Translations under genes and position numbers: made by a program
The notes under the pieces: model-generated
The model's input: only the letters and a program-made list of their open reading frames with translations
Told to the model about the DNA's origin: nothing
The model's database searches: none
Assembly: GCA_963817895.1 (NCBI GenBank)
Contig: CAWFQB010000010.1
Location: forward strand, 128,001 to 192,000
DNA from: an uncultured Chthonomonadaceae bacterium
GTDB lineage: Bacteria; Armatimonadota; Chthonomonadetes; Chthonomonadales; Chthonomonadaceae
Direction: 5' to 3'
Length of the DNA stretch: 64,000 nucleotides
Shown here: positions 10,355-21,074 of the stretch, piece after piece
Layout: the number at the start of each line of letters is the position of its first letter
Position numbering within the stretch: position 1 is the stretch's first letter

Positions 10355-12321
10355 ATGCGGACTCGAACTGTGCTGACATTGTGCTGCCTGCTGTTGACAA
10401 CCCTGTTTGCATGTTTGACGACGCTGACAGCGCATGCCGTAACGACTATCTCGCTTCATGCCAACAAAAGCGCCCTGCTTGCGGATGGCAAGCAGCAGGT
10501 AGAGTTGTTTGTCACCGTTCAGGGCAATCCGGTCAGCAATTCCGAAGTGACGTTTACCACGACAAAAGGCACTCTGCGCGAAAGCCGGGTTCGCTTTTTC
10601 GGAGGCAGCGCGCATACCACGCTGACCAGCGCGCCGATTGCGGGCTATGCCGATGTGACCGCGTTCGTTAATGGAGCCGCCAGCAATACCCTGCGCATCG
10701 AATTTACCGATGATCCCGAAGCCACGTTCGAGGGGAATAACTACATTCTTATCACCGGCAAAGGCTACCTCGCGTATAGCGCCAATGATAAGGTTATTGA
10801 AGCGGAGGGCAAGGACGGGGGAGCGCATCTGGCGTTTCGTAACTATGATTTGACGGCGGACGGATTCAACTGGAGTGCAACGACGTTGCCAACATTCGCG
10901 CCAGCGGCAACATTACGCTGAAGCGCGGCAAAGATGTCATTCATGCCATCAAAATGCACTACAGTCTGCAAAGTGAAGAGGGACAGGCCATCGGCGAACT
11001 GGACGGCAAGGTACAGCCGATTACTGTTACCGGGGCGCATCTGCTCGCCAAAGCCGATCCCGCCCCCGCGCCCTCCTCGCGCTATATCTACCCCGAACTC
11101 TCGGTTAAACTCGTCATTACCGCGCGCAGCATTACGTACTTCCCCGGTGACCGTCTGCAATTCCGCGCGCCCAACTTTTTTCAGGATCAGGCTAAAATCC
11201 TGACGCTGCCCTACTATGAAATCGGGCTGAACTCGGATGAGTTGTTCTCGGATCATTTTGTCAGCGTCGGCACAAACGGCTTTGGCCTGGAAGTGCCGTT
11301 TTACTACAATCTTTCGCCGCGCGGGTCGGGCATCGCGTACCTTCGGCATGGACAGCAGATTGGACGCAGTTACTTCGCCACAGATCCCGGCTGGGCAGTG
11401 GATGTGATACAGGGGTATAACTCGCAGGGAGACAAGCACGTCGAGGGCGCGTATGGCTTTACGGGCCTACTGCGCGGCGACTGGGGATTCCGCTGGACGC
11501 ACAATCAGGAATTCAATCCCTCCACGCAAGGCTCGATGTATATAGATTTCCCGCATCACGACAGCGTGTATGCTAATACCAGCCTTTCCAAGCAGACCAA
11601 TACCATGCGCTTTGGCATCAACGCGACGGAGGGGCAGTCGTTTACCAGCGACGGCGAAAACACCTTCCATAACGACGCTTACGCGGAAACTCTGCCGCAC
11701 CGACTGTTCGGTTCCAAAGACGTGCAGTATGTGTTCGGAGGCAGTTTCAATACCAGCCACCTGACCAGCCACTTGACAACCGTGCCGGGTATCAGCGATA
11801 CGTCCGAACAGGTGACGATGCGCGCCTTTACCCGTCCTCTGAAACTGGACACGCGCACCACGCTGACCAACAGTTTCACGTTCGGGCAATTGTGGAACGG
11901 ACGCGCCAATACCGGGTTGCTTGGCCTGGCAACCATGTCCCTGGACCATACAGTCAAGGGCGGCGGCTCCATCAACCTGACCTATGATTATCTAACGCGC
12001 CCGCAAAGTTCGCTGGATACAGGCGGCAAGCACCGCATGAGCCTGAACTTCAATGTCGCGAATACCAAAAAGTTCCAGATGTCCATTTTTGGCAGCACGT
12101 TTCTGGATGCGCAGGACACCAGCGTTCTGGCGGATGCCGCGTACCGTTTGAACAGCAACTGGCGGCTGCTGACTTCGGCCACGCTCCAGCGCTTCGAGGG
12201 GCAAAGCTACAGCGACCTGGAATTCACTCTGGGTCGGCGTATCGGCGCGCGAGAACTGCAACTGACCTACTCCACGTTCAACCATCGCATCTCTTTCGAC
12301 CTGACGGCGACACGATTTTAG
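10355..12321 (+). CDS. Invasin-type Ig domain plus LptD/OstA-like region and probable outer-membrane beta-barrel; frame break near 10865
   Basis: Signal peptide; ALLADGK...VTFTTTKG Big_1-like motif; amphipathic beta strands; C-terminal Phe (ISFDLTATRF). Confidence 0.6.
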
Positions 12322-12355
12322 TGGTTGGTGACTGGCGATTGGTTCAACGTAATGA

Positions 12356-12397
12356 ATACATCCCTGACAGAGTTCTTCTGTCAGGGATATACTTTTG
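12356..12397 (+). terminator. Rho-independent terminator
   Basis: atccctgacaga/tctgtcagggat stem followed by a T-tract. Confidence 0.7.
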
Positions 12398-12597
12398 TTG
12401 GCGCAAAAAGAAAAACAAACATCCGGTAGGTTTGCGTGTACAGATTTACACAGGGGCGTGGAAAAACCCTGATGGAGGGCGTTTACGCGCGGCAGTCTCT
12501 TTTCCGGGAGGGCTGTTGTGGGTGTTTATGCAGACGGCAGAGGGCCGACGACACGCATAAATGCGCTGAGAGGCACCAGCGCAGACGGTTTCCGAAA

Positions 12598-12659
12598 AGT
12601 GAGAGTGGAGAGTGAGAGTGAGAGAACATGCGTCTTTACTCTCACTCTCCACTCTCACT
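12598..12659. repeat. Inverted (GAGAGT/GAGAGTG)n repeat hairpin abutting the leuD stop
   Basis: agtgagagtggagagtgagagt ... actctcactctccactctcact; sister copy at 46932-46987. Confidence 0.9.
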
Positions 12660-13273
12660 TATACTGCTACTCCCCGTTTCCATGCGGGACGCCGCGCTTC
12701 AAACGCGCCAATATCCGCTACGCGCTGAAGCGACAGGCCGATGTCATCCAGCCCGTTGAGCAGGCAGTGACGGCGGAAACTGTCCACTTCAAAATGCTCT
12801 TCAAACCCCTGCGCGTCGGAAATCGTCTGCTTTTCCAGATCAATAGTCATTTGATAGCCCGGATTGGCTTTCGCTGTTTCCAGCAGCGCGTTGACAGTGG
12901 CTTCCGGCAACACGATGGGCAAAATGCCGTTCTTGAAGCAGTTGTTGTAGAAAATGTCGGCGTAGGAGGGGGCGAGTATGGCGCGGAAGCCATACTCCTG
13001 CAAGGCCCAGGGCGCGTGTTCCCGCGACGAACCGCAGCCGAAGTTCTTGCCCGCAATCAGAATGGACGCTCCCTGCAAAGTGGGCGCGTTCAGTTCAAAC
13101 TCCGGGTTGGGCGTTTTGCCGTCCTCCCGATAGCGCCAGTCAAAGAACAGAAATTGCCCGAAGCCCGTCCGCTCAATCCGCTTGAGAAACTGCTTGGGAA
13201 TGATCTGATCGGTATCCACATTGACGCGATCCAAAGCCGCGGCGATTCCCGTCAACCGTATAAATGCTTCCAT
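12659..13273 (-). CDS. leuD: 3-isopropylmalate dehydratase small subunit
   Basis: [37 protein letters not shown]. Confidence 0.98.
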   Translation of the reverse strand: MEAFIRLTGIAAALDRVNVDTDQIIPKQFLKRIERTGFGQFLFFDWRYREDGKTPNPEFELNAPTLQGASILIAGKNFGCGSSREHAPWALQEYGFRAILAPSYADIFYNNCFKNGILPIVLPEATVNALLETAKANPGYQMTIDLEKQTISDAQGFEEHFEVDSFRRHCLLNGLDDIGLSLQRVADIGAFEARRPAWKRGVAV

Positions 13274-13295
13274 ACTGAAGTTATCCTTAGAGGTA

Positions 13296-13967
13296 TTAGG
13301 CAGCGCGGCGTTGTTGCTTCAACAAACGACGCGCAATGTTTTGAGCCTGATCGAACGTTGCAACCGTAAGATTGCTGGCGATATGTCCGTGAGCGGCTTG
13401 ATTGCGCGCGGATAGGATGCTCATAAGAACATCGTAGTTATCACGACCAAGATTGCCTTCGGACACGAGTCTGGTAATCAGGGTGGCAGGAGTATCACCA
13501 GAGGACTCCAGGTTACACTTTTGCGCCAACTTGCGCAGAAGCGCTTCCAGGGCTTGCCAGGTGACAACCAGGGCGCTGTCCAATAAACTGTTTTGAGCAA
13601 GTTGATTGCCGGCTTCCAGGCGTTTCTCAATATCTTCGTTGGTAAGCAGAGGCTGAAAGCCGTTGAGCAATTCCTCCTCCCGCAATTTCCGAACAACAAT
13701 CTGTAATTGCCAATTCGGATTGGCGGCAATAGCGTGTCTCAAATGCTGCCAGTATTCTTTGCCTCGTACGTCTCCTTTGCGCCTGACTTCCACGTAGAGA
13801 TATGTGTTTTGAGGCATTGCTACGATTAAATCCGGTTGGAATTCCTGTAAAGAGGAAGGCATTTTCTCTTTATCGGGTTGGATTTCGACACCGAAATCTT
13901 TTTGTCTGTACGACTCGGCGACCTCACGCACCAACTGTTGATGCGCCTGTTCAGTAGCAGTAGACAT
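13296..13967 (-). CDS. PD-(D/E)XK nuclease-like domain (REase_AHJR-like) fused to a HEPN-like domain
   Basis: QPDLIV...YVEVR; C-terminal R-x4-H motif RNQAAHG; lower GC than the flanks. Confidence 0.6.
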   Translation of the reverse strand: MSTATEQAHQQLVREVAESYRQKDFGVEIQPDKEKMPSSLQEFQPDLIVAMPQNTYLYVEVRRKGDVRGKEYWQHLRHAIAANPNWQLQIVVRKLREEELLNGFQPLLTNEDIEKRLEAGNQLAQNSLLDSALVVTWQALEALLRKLAQKCNLESSGDTPATLITRLVSEGNLGRDNYDVLMSILSARNQAAHGHIASNLTVATFDQAQNIARRLLKQQRRAA

Positions 13968-13971
13968 TAGA

Positions 13972-14400
13972 CTAAATCTCCTCACTTTCCCAGGTAAGCA
14001 CGAGATGCAGAAACTCATCGAATTTAGCAATAGCATCGGTAACAAGGTCAGAAGGCAACTTGAAATCAGCGCTTCTCAGATCAATACGTTCGCTGGTAAT
14101 CTTGTAAATCAACGCATCATCTTTGTAAATGCGCTTGTAAGTGTTGGCAATCTCTCGCTGATTTCTGTTTGATAGTAGGGGAGGTTCGTTCGCGTTTAGG
14201 CCGTCGAGCGTCCATTTAAGAACATTATCCACATCGTAGAGAACATCTCTACAATACGTCGTCACGTAGACTTCCATTGCAGCCGTAACAGGCAGTGCAT
14301 CGCGGGAACGTCCTTCTGCTATCCATTGCCTGTAGGCAGCAACTCCGACCGCCTGCTTCCTTTCCGTTTTACGCTTTGAGTTATCATTATTTGCTGTACA
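13972..14400 (-). pseudogene. Probable 5'-truncated fragment of an unknown gene
   Basis: Frame stays open upstream of the called Met with no clear start or RBS; AT-richer. Confidence 0.35.
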
Positions 14401-14481
14401 GGGAGGGCCTTCAACAACAAAATTCGAATCTGTTTTGCGGCATTACAGGTTAGTGGCCCTCCTTAAAAGTTGACTTTGCTG

Positions 14482-15918
14482 TTAATTCTTTTTCCAGTCC
14501 CGAATGTCTACTAAATGACCGGCGATGGCGGCGGCGGCGGCCATTTGTGGGCTGACGAGATGGGTGCGCCCCCCCTTGCCCTGCCGCCCCTCGAAGTTGC
14601 GGTTGGACGTGGACGCGCAGCGCTCTCCCGGCTGCAAAATGTCGGGGTTCATTCCCAGACACATGGAACAGCCCGCTTCGCGCCAGTCGAAACCGGCGGC
14701 CTTGAAAATCACATCCAATCCCTCCGCTTCGGCCTGTAGTTTCACCTGCGCGGAACCCGGCACGACAAGGGCGTGAACGCGGGAATTTACATGCTGTCCC
14801 TGCGCAATCGCCGCCGCCGCCCGCAAATCTTCAATGCGTCCGTTAGTGCAGGAGCCGATGAACACTTTGTCCAGTTGCAGGGATTGCAGCGGCATACCCG
14901 GCTCCAGCCCCATGTATTCCAGAGCGCGGCGCGTGGCGCGTTGTTCGGCCTCGCTTTCGAGAGCGTCCGGGGTGGGAACCAAATCGGTAATCGGCAGCAC
15001 CATGCCCGGACTGGTTCCCCACGACACGTAAGGCGCTATTTCTCCCGCGTTCAGGACGATGGTTGTATCATAAACCGCGCCCTCATCTGAAGGCAACTGC
15101 TTCCATTCAGCAAGCGCGGCTTCCCACTCCGCGCCCCGCGGCGCGAACGGACGGCCTTTCAGATATTCGTAAGTCTTCACATCCGGCGCAATCATACCCG
15201 CACGCGCTCCCGCTTCGATGCTCATATTGCACACAGTCATGCGGCCCTCCATCGAAAGCCTGCAAATCGCTTCACCCGTGTATTCCACCGCGTAGCCCGT
15301 CGCGCCATCCGTGCCGATTTTGCCGATGATGGCGAGAATAATGTCTTTGGCCGTGACGCCGCTGCCCAACTGCCCGTCCACGCGGATTTCCATGGTTTTC
15401 GGGCGCGACTGCGGCAGGCACTGGGTGGCGAGAACATGTTCCACTTCGCTGGTTCCGATTCCGAAGGCGAGCGCGCCGAACGCGCCGTGTGTGCTGGTAT
15501 GGCTGTCGCCGCAAACAATGGTCAATCCGGGCTGCGTCAGTCCCAATTCCGGGCCGATGACGTGAACGATGCCCTGTCGTTTGTCGTGGATGTCGTAAAG
15601 CGTGATGCCGAACTCGTTGCAGTTGCGGGCCAGCGCGTCCATCTGGCGGCGCGAAATATCGTCAGCGATGGGAAGGGAACGGTCGGTCGTCGGCACGTTA
15701 TGATCCATTGTGGCGACCGTCAGTTCGGGGCGGCGGACGCTGCGCCCTGTCAGGCGCAGGCCATCGAACGCCTGCGGACTGGTCACTTCATGGACAAGAT
15801 GCAGGTCAATGTAAAGCAGGGCGGGCTGTCCCGCCTCCTGTGTGACGACATGCGCTTCCCAAATCTTCTCGAACATGGTTTTGGGGGCTTGATACGGCGA
15901 GGTTGTAGATACTGTCAT
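14482..15918 (-). CDS. leuC: 3-isopropylmalate dehydratase large subunit
   Basis: [55 protein letters not shown] before ATG 15918. Confidence 0.98.
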   Translation of the reverse strand: MTVSTTSPYQAPKTMFEKIWEAHVVTQEAGQPALLYIDLHLVHEVTSPQAFDGLRLTGRSVRRPELTVATMDHNVPTTDRSLPIADDISRRQMDALARNCNEFGITLYDIHDKRQGIVHVIGPELGLTQPGLTIVCGDSHTSTHGAFGALAFGIGTSEVEHVLATQCLPQSRPKTMEIRVDGQLGSGVTAKDIILAIIGKIGTDGATGYAVEYTGEAICRLSMEGRMTVCNMSIEAGARAGMIAPDVKTYEYLKGRPFAPRGAEWEAALAEWKQLPSDEGAVYDTTIVLNAGEIAPYVSWGTSPGMVLPITDLVPTPDALESEAEQRATRRALEYMGLEPGMPLQSLQLDKVFIGSCTNGRIEDLRAAAAIAQGQHVNSRVHALVVPGSAQVKLQAEAEGLDVIFKAAGFDWREAGCSMCLGMNPDILQPGERCASTSNRNFEGRQGKGGRTHLVSPQMAAAAAIAGHLVDIRDWKKN

Positions 15919-16183
15919 AGTAAAAAAGACTCCTGTCAGGGTTGTACTCCTATTATAACCCTTCTTGCAGGACTGGCGCAAACTATTGGGTCAATTCATC
16001 GCGCAGGCAATCGTTAATGAGAGTAAGGAGCTTCTGCTTACCGAACGGGCAAGCGCGGTGTAACCACTATGAACTCGTATCAGCGGCAACAAATGTCAGT
16101 GTGAAGCGTATACCCATTAGTATCAGCCTGTGCAGAGATTTTTGCGACGAGTCTGCATTTTGCTGTGAAAGGACTTATGAGAT

Positions 16184-16999
16184 ATGAACCGACGAATTTT
16201 TATACGCTCGCTTGTGGGAACGGGATTGCTCGCGTTGACTGCGGCGGGAGTGAGCGCGCGGCAGGAACCCAATGCCAGCCAACCCACGCCCGGCGCTGCT
16301 CCCATGGCGATGGTACGCATTATTCACGCTTCCCCGGATGCCCCCGCTGTGGATGTTTTGATGGATGGCAACAAGGTTCTGGAAGCCGTGCCGTACAAGC
16401 GGGTTTCTGATTACCTGCCCGTAGCAGCAGGCAAACATATCGTGAAAGTGGTGGCGGCGGGCAGCGACAACGCCGTGATAGATACCACGCTGAATTTCAA
16501 GTCCGGCGTCAACTACACCGCGCTTGCGATTGGCAAAGCCTCCGATAAGAGCATCAAATCGCTGGTACTGGAAGACGTGACGCCGACCACGCCCAAAGGC
16601 AAGGCGCGCGTTCGCGTGATTTACGCTATTCCCGACGGCCCGCCGGTTGATCTGGTGATTCCCGGCGACGCGACCAAAAAGGGATCGCCCAAATACATCG
16701 CCAAAAACCTGAAAACGGGAACGGCAACCGCGTACTTGACGGTTCCGACCGGCCCCTACGATGTGGAAGTGCGCCCCGCGGGAATGAGCAACGTGGTCAA
16801 AAAGGTGAGCGTCACGGTTGCGAGTGGAACGGCTTACTCGGTCGTCACCTTCGGACTGGTCAGCGACTCGGCCAACATTGACGTGCAGCCTTTGACAGAC
16901 AAGACCCTGTCCGCTAAAAAGATAAACAAAGACCACACGCCTAATATTGATCCCAAAGGCCGTCCCATTGATTCGACGCCCGTGCCGCCAAAGTTCTAA
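16184..16999 (+). CDS. Exported DUF4397-domain protein
   Basis: Twin-Arg-like signal MNRRIFI; VRIIHASPDAPAVDV and a second repeat VRVIYAIPDGPPVDL. Confidence 0.85.
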   Translation: MNRRIFIRSLVGTGLLALTAAGVSARQEPNASQPTPGAAPMAMVRIIHASPDAPAVDVLMDGNKVLEAVPYKRVSDYLPVAAGKHIVKVVAAGSDNAVIDTTLNFKSGVNYTALAIGKASDKSIKSLVLEDVTPTTPKGKARVRVIYAIPDGPPVDLVIPGDATKKGSPKYIAKNLKTGTATAYLTVPTGPYDVEVRPAGMSNVVKKVSVTVASGTAYSVVTFGLVSDSANIDVQPLTDKTLSAKKINKDHTPNIDPKGRPIDSTPVPPKF

Positions 17000-17089
17000 C
17001 GGGCTGGCAGTAACTCCGTCGGAACCGGAAAGTGCAGGGCAAACGCATCTAAAATTGTGAACAGCTATCAAGGCCGTCGTTGGAGTAAA

Positions 17090-17491
17090 CTAAAGCCTCC
17101 TTTTTCTGGAGGCTTGTATGCTTCCGGCGCATGGCGTCTTGAGTATGATGACCGAGTAGTTGCGCTTCGCAGGCGGCGGTTTGTTCGCGCCAATTCCACG
17201 CTTTGTAGAGGAGGTCGCGTTGGCGATAGGTTCGGGCGGAGTGCCTGCCAGAGCCGCCACAAGACGCTCGGCAGCCCGATATTCGCCGCAATCCAACGCT
17301 AACGTTGCCGCGCTGCGATGCAATACAGAGCGCGTCGGTTCCGTCTGCGCCTGTTCCGCCGCCTGCTTTTCCAGTGCAAAAGCGCGATAAGCCAGAGAAC
17401 GCGCGGCGGCGAGATCGTTGTGCTGTCGAGCAATAAACGCCTGCTCCGCCAACTCCATTGCCTGCCGATGCTGTTCGTTAAGACTACTCAT
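17090..17491 (-). pseudogene. Decayed helical hypothetical protein (EPTRSVLHRSAATLAL...GTPP type), frame-broken
   Basis: Coherent N-terminus, then reading continues in another frame (RDLLYKAWNW). Confidence 0.45.
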
Positions 17492-17732
17492 CTCGCTCCA
17501 TCCATGCTTGTGGCGTATGAAACTCCACAACGATAATATACGCCGAGTATGCGCCTGTGAAACGAGCGCAGAGGATAGCGCAACATCACCCGTGCAATTT
17601 CTTCAATCTGAGATCACAACATCTACGCTACAGGTAATTTCGCTATATACAACCTCCATAAAAAGTAAGTGGCTGTTATCAAGGCGAGGAACAGCAGTAT
17701 TTTAGGCTGTTCAAGTTCATTCGTCGTCGTAT

Positions 17733-18017
17733 TTAGAGCGCTGTATGTGGATAGTTTCTTGTGGGTTGTTTAAAAATTCTATCAGTTCTTTTATGACAAT
17801 TAAGTCCATCTCTCTGACCACTTTGTACATTCGTCACGACATGAGTAATCCCGGGATATTGCCTCTCCCAAAGGTTATTGGGGTCAAGCAGAGAAGTAAT
17901 CTTGTAACTTCCTTGATAATCGCTTCCGGTTTCCCATACAACCACTAAACCCAAGTCTTTGGGATTCTTATCTCCATTGCCGATGTCTTCAATCAATGCA
18001 TCTAGTGCAGACGGCAA
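17733..18017 (-). pseudogene. AT-rich C-terminal fragment of an unknown gene
   Basis: Short ORF without a convincing start; DLGLVVVWE motif; low GC. Confidence 0.3.
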
Positions 18018-18186
18018 AAGTGCATGTCATGATGGTCTTACCCTTACTGCCTGATAGCTCTGTCCACAGAATTCGCAGGAAGTGCTTTCGATTGTCGGGA
18101 ACGTTTGCGCCGATTTACTACAGCAGCTAGAAGATTCCGGACGCGCTGGTTGCGCTCGGAATCTTCATCGCCCGAATGCGGGCCAA

Positions 18187-19044
18187 TTACTTCGCGGTGG
18201 GGCTGATGTCGGTGAAGGGAATAGTGGGCGAGCCTATCATCGGCGGCCTGCCGTCCCAGCGCTCTATCGCCATTTTTTGCAGTTCCAGACGTTTCAGTTC
18301 CACCATTTTGTCGTTGCCCTGCTGCAACAGCCGGTTGAGTTCCGCCTGCTTGCTGGCATTAGTCAGCGAGGTTTTAGCTTCAATGTCCGCCCGCTGCCGC
18401 TCGTTCTTCGCCAGTTCGAGTTGGTTTTTCAGCGTGATGCGCTCCTCGATTTTCCGCTTTACTTCCTCGTTGGGATACACTTCCCCGATGTACACGTCGT
18501 CTACAGTTATGCCCCATCCGAGCAGCAGGGGCGCAATCGCCTTTTTCACATCCGGCCCGAACTGCGCCCGTTCTTTGGACGACAGATCGAAAATAGATTT
18601 TGTGCCGGAAACCGTGTTGACGCCGTAGATGGTCGTCCAGCGGATGAACTTGCGCTGAATCACGCCCAAATTTTCCGTGCCGAAATTGTTGAACGCTTTC
18701 AGCACGTCTTCGGGCGCGACGTGGTAGGCGACGGTTATATCAACGGGCAAAATCGCGCCTTCCGATGTGCTTGCCGGGATGCTGTCATCGCCGTTTTTCT
18801 CGCCCTCATGCGCGCTTTTGACATACGTAGCATTCTTAATGCTTGTCGGATACACGATCAGCTGTTCCCGCCAGCCCATCCAGACCACCTGCGGCTTGAC
18901 CAGTTTCGTCGAAATGCCCGAATTGGCGTTGAACTGGACGCCCACAGACGCGGGCGGAACCTGCCGGGTACAGCCGTTCAGGAGGGGCAAGGCCAGCAGC
19001 GTCAATGCTGCGCCCGCATAATTTCTGCCGTTACTGATTTTCAT
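18187..19044 (-). CDS. SPFH/prohibitin-family lipoprotein (second paralogue)
   Basis: MKISNG...LLALPLLNGC lipobox; SPFH motifs; IERWDGRPP tail. Confidence 0.8.
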   Translation of the reverse strand: MKISNGRNYAGAALTLLALPLLNGCTRQVPPASVGVQFNANSGISTKLVKPQVVWMGWREQLIVYPTSIKNATYVKSAHEGEKNGDDSIPASTSEGAILPVDITVAYHVAPEDVLKAFNNFGTENLGVIQRKFIRWTTIYGVNTVSGTKSIFDLSSKERAQFGPDVKKAIAPLLLGWGITVDDVYIGEVYPNEEVKRKIEERITLKNQLELAKNERQRADIEAKTSLTNASKQAELNRLLQQGNDKMVELKRLELQKMAIERWDGRPPMIGSPTIPFTDISPTAK

Positions 19045-19959
19045 TGCCGTTGTTCCGCCGGGTTGGCCGTTCGCCGCGCCGCTTGTCATGCCGTTCATCA
19101 TGTCCTGCCCCACGATAATGGTTTGATTGGGTTTGGATTCGAGTACGGGCAATTGTCCGTTCCACTTTTTCAGGGCGGCTTCCGCCACATCGAGTTTGAG
19201 CATCTGGATACTTTTGCCCTGCACCTGCGCCGCGCTCACTTGCCGCGATTGGGCTTCCGCATTTGCCCGCACGAGGGCTGTTTCTTTCTCAATGTCCGCC
19301 AATTGTCCGCGCAGCCGCGAAATTTGCAGTTCCGTCAGCGAGTTGACGCGGGCTGTAATTTTGCTTTGCACTTCGGGCGTGGGATAGCAGCCGCCGAGCA
19401 TCACATTTTCAACGGAAATGCCCTTGCGCGATAATCGGTTTTGCAGCTCTTTCGTAATCAATTCGGAGGCTTCCTGACGCTTCGGCCCCATCAGTTGAAA
19501 CACATCGTACTGCGTTCCGACCACATTCACGGCTTCCTTGACCGCGCGGCGAATATGCTGAACCTGAATATCCTCAATCGGGATCGGGCCGAACTCGTTG
19601 AACACGGTCAGCACGTTCTCCGCCTGAACGCGGTACATCACGACCACATCGAAAACTGTGTTGGCGTTATCGTTCGTGGTGATGAGAATGCCGTCCGCCG
19701 ACCTGTCTTCGCCCTCGTTTACATCCTGCGTGTAAATGGCGGCCTGCAACTGCGTGGGATAGGTGTACAACTGCTGCCGCCAGCCGACGTACACGGCGCG
19801 GGGCTTGATAACATTTTTTTGCAGTCCGCCCTGCGCGTCGTAAATCACGCCGATGTGCCCTGCGGGAATCCATTGCGTCCGCGAATAGACAAACCCCTCG
19901 TACAGCGCAAACACCCCGACGAGGCCGCCGACAATCGCCAATGCGCGTTTAAGCTTCAT
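19041..19959 (-). CDS. SPFH/prohibitin-family membrane protein (first paralogue; appears fused to the second in this assembly)
   Basis: N-terminal TM; IPAGHIGVIYD; KKWNGQLP tail. Confidence 0.8.
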
Positions 19960-20392
19960 CGCTGATTTCTTTCTGAACCGATTTGCTGAACCGGTTCTTC
20001 CTCAACCCTGGTTCCGGCGGCTTGCCCGCTGATTCACCTTCCGCCGCTCCGAAATATACGTAGGAATTCTTGTGCGCCGGTTGTGGAACTGTCCGCGCCA
20101 CTTTGCGAGGTGGTTTCCGGCGCTGTAAAATGTCGTCATGGCAATATTCGCGCATTTCCATCTGCGCCTTGCGCCGACACTCCGCTTCCTCACGCTGCTG
20201 CTGTTCCAGTCGCATATCCCGTTCATACCAACGTCGAAAATACGTGGCAATGCGCGGCCAGAACGGTTTTGTTAGAAAGGCAAAACCGGCCAGCGCGATC
20301 AGAACCAATCCCACTGCGGTAAGAAACACCTCTAATGCCGGTCCGATGAGAACCACCTCCTCATACCAAAACCACAGGGTGCGCAACACCAT
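19949..20392 (-). CDS. Hypothetical membrane protein (TM plus coiled coil), overlapping the SPFH start
   Basis: 147 aa; hydrophobic N-terminus; 11 bp overlap with the SPFH gene. Confidence 0.55.
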   Translation of the reverse strand: MVLRTLWFWYEEVVLIGPALEVFLTAVGLVLIALAGFAFLTKPFWPRIATYFRRWYERDMRLEQQQREEAECRRKAQMEMREYCHDDILQRRKPPRKVARTVPQPAHKNSYVYFGAAEGESAGKPPEPGLRKNRFSKSVQKEISDEA

Positions 20393-20514
20393 TTACCATA
20401 GACGCGCCAAACCCTTTATCCGCTACCATTTGTTAAAATTAGACGAGCGAGGCCACTCTCCTGCCCGCGCCAACAATGTAAAAGAAATACCCACCGAAAT
20501 TATTCGCGACCATA

Positions 20515-20543
20515 TTGACAATTTTAGAAAAGCCCCCTATAAT
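20515..20543 (+). promoter_or_regulatory. Perfect consensus sigma70 promoter with no credible downstream sense gene
   Basis: TTGACA (20515-20520), 17 nt spacer, TATAAT (20538-20543). Confidence 0.9.
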
Positions 20544-20549
20544 AAAGAT

Positions 20550-20825
20550 GTCCCTGTCGGCAGCGGCCAGCCACCGACAGGAACGCCTATGCTCTAAAGC
20601 ACTTTAGAGCGGCGGCGCTGGCGTTTTCGCTGCTGTCGTTTAAGCCAGCGGCACAGCAAGTAAATTGCCGTACCGATGGTGACGACGTTGGCGGCAACAG
20701 CCAGCCAGAACAGGAAGCTTGTCATCAGCTTCTCCTTTCTGCGAGAAAATCAGCGTTTGCGCGCTGACCACTCGAGTTTGATTTGGGAGTGTGGCGTTGG
20801 CGCGCTGCACTCCCGTTTTATTTTA
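20550..20825 (+). ncRNA. Candidate antisense (antitoxin-like) sRNA
   Basis: Follows the consensus promoter; hairpins at 20551-20581 and 20591-20610; ends either near 20645 or at the terminator gggagtg...cactccc-gttttatttt (20785-20825). Confidence 0.55.
20594..20725 (-). CDS. 43 aa hydrophobic peptide with a basic tail (type I toxin-like), absent from the ORF track
   Basis: MTSFLFWLAVAANVVTIGTAIYLLCRWLKRQQRKRQRRRSKVL*; AAAGGAG Shine-Dalgarno 6 nt upstream. Confidence 0.7.
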   Translation of the reverse strand: MTSFLFWLAVAANVVTIGTAIYLLCRWLKRQQRKRQRRRSKVL

Positions 20826-20989
20826 CCTCCTCGCTCGCTTGTTTTTACCTCACTCCACCCGTCCTGCCCGACAACTTCAATGAGCGGGTCCGCTGCGTAG
20901 CGGACCCGCTTCATTACGCCAGAGGAGGGGCTTTTCTTGCCTGGAAAATCAACGTAAATCATGCAAAATATATAGAAATATTATCGCGG

Positions 20990-21018
20990 TTGCGGCGCGT
21001 TCCTGAGACTGGTACAAT
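20990..21018 (+). promoter_or_regulatory. Probable promoter of the yyaL-like gene
   Basis: TTGCGG-17-TACAAT with extended TG. Confidence 0.5.
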
Positions 21019-21074
21019 GGTTTATCAATATATTTATCACCCATTGACTTTGAGAATAAGGATGAACATTCGAT

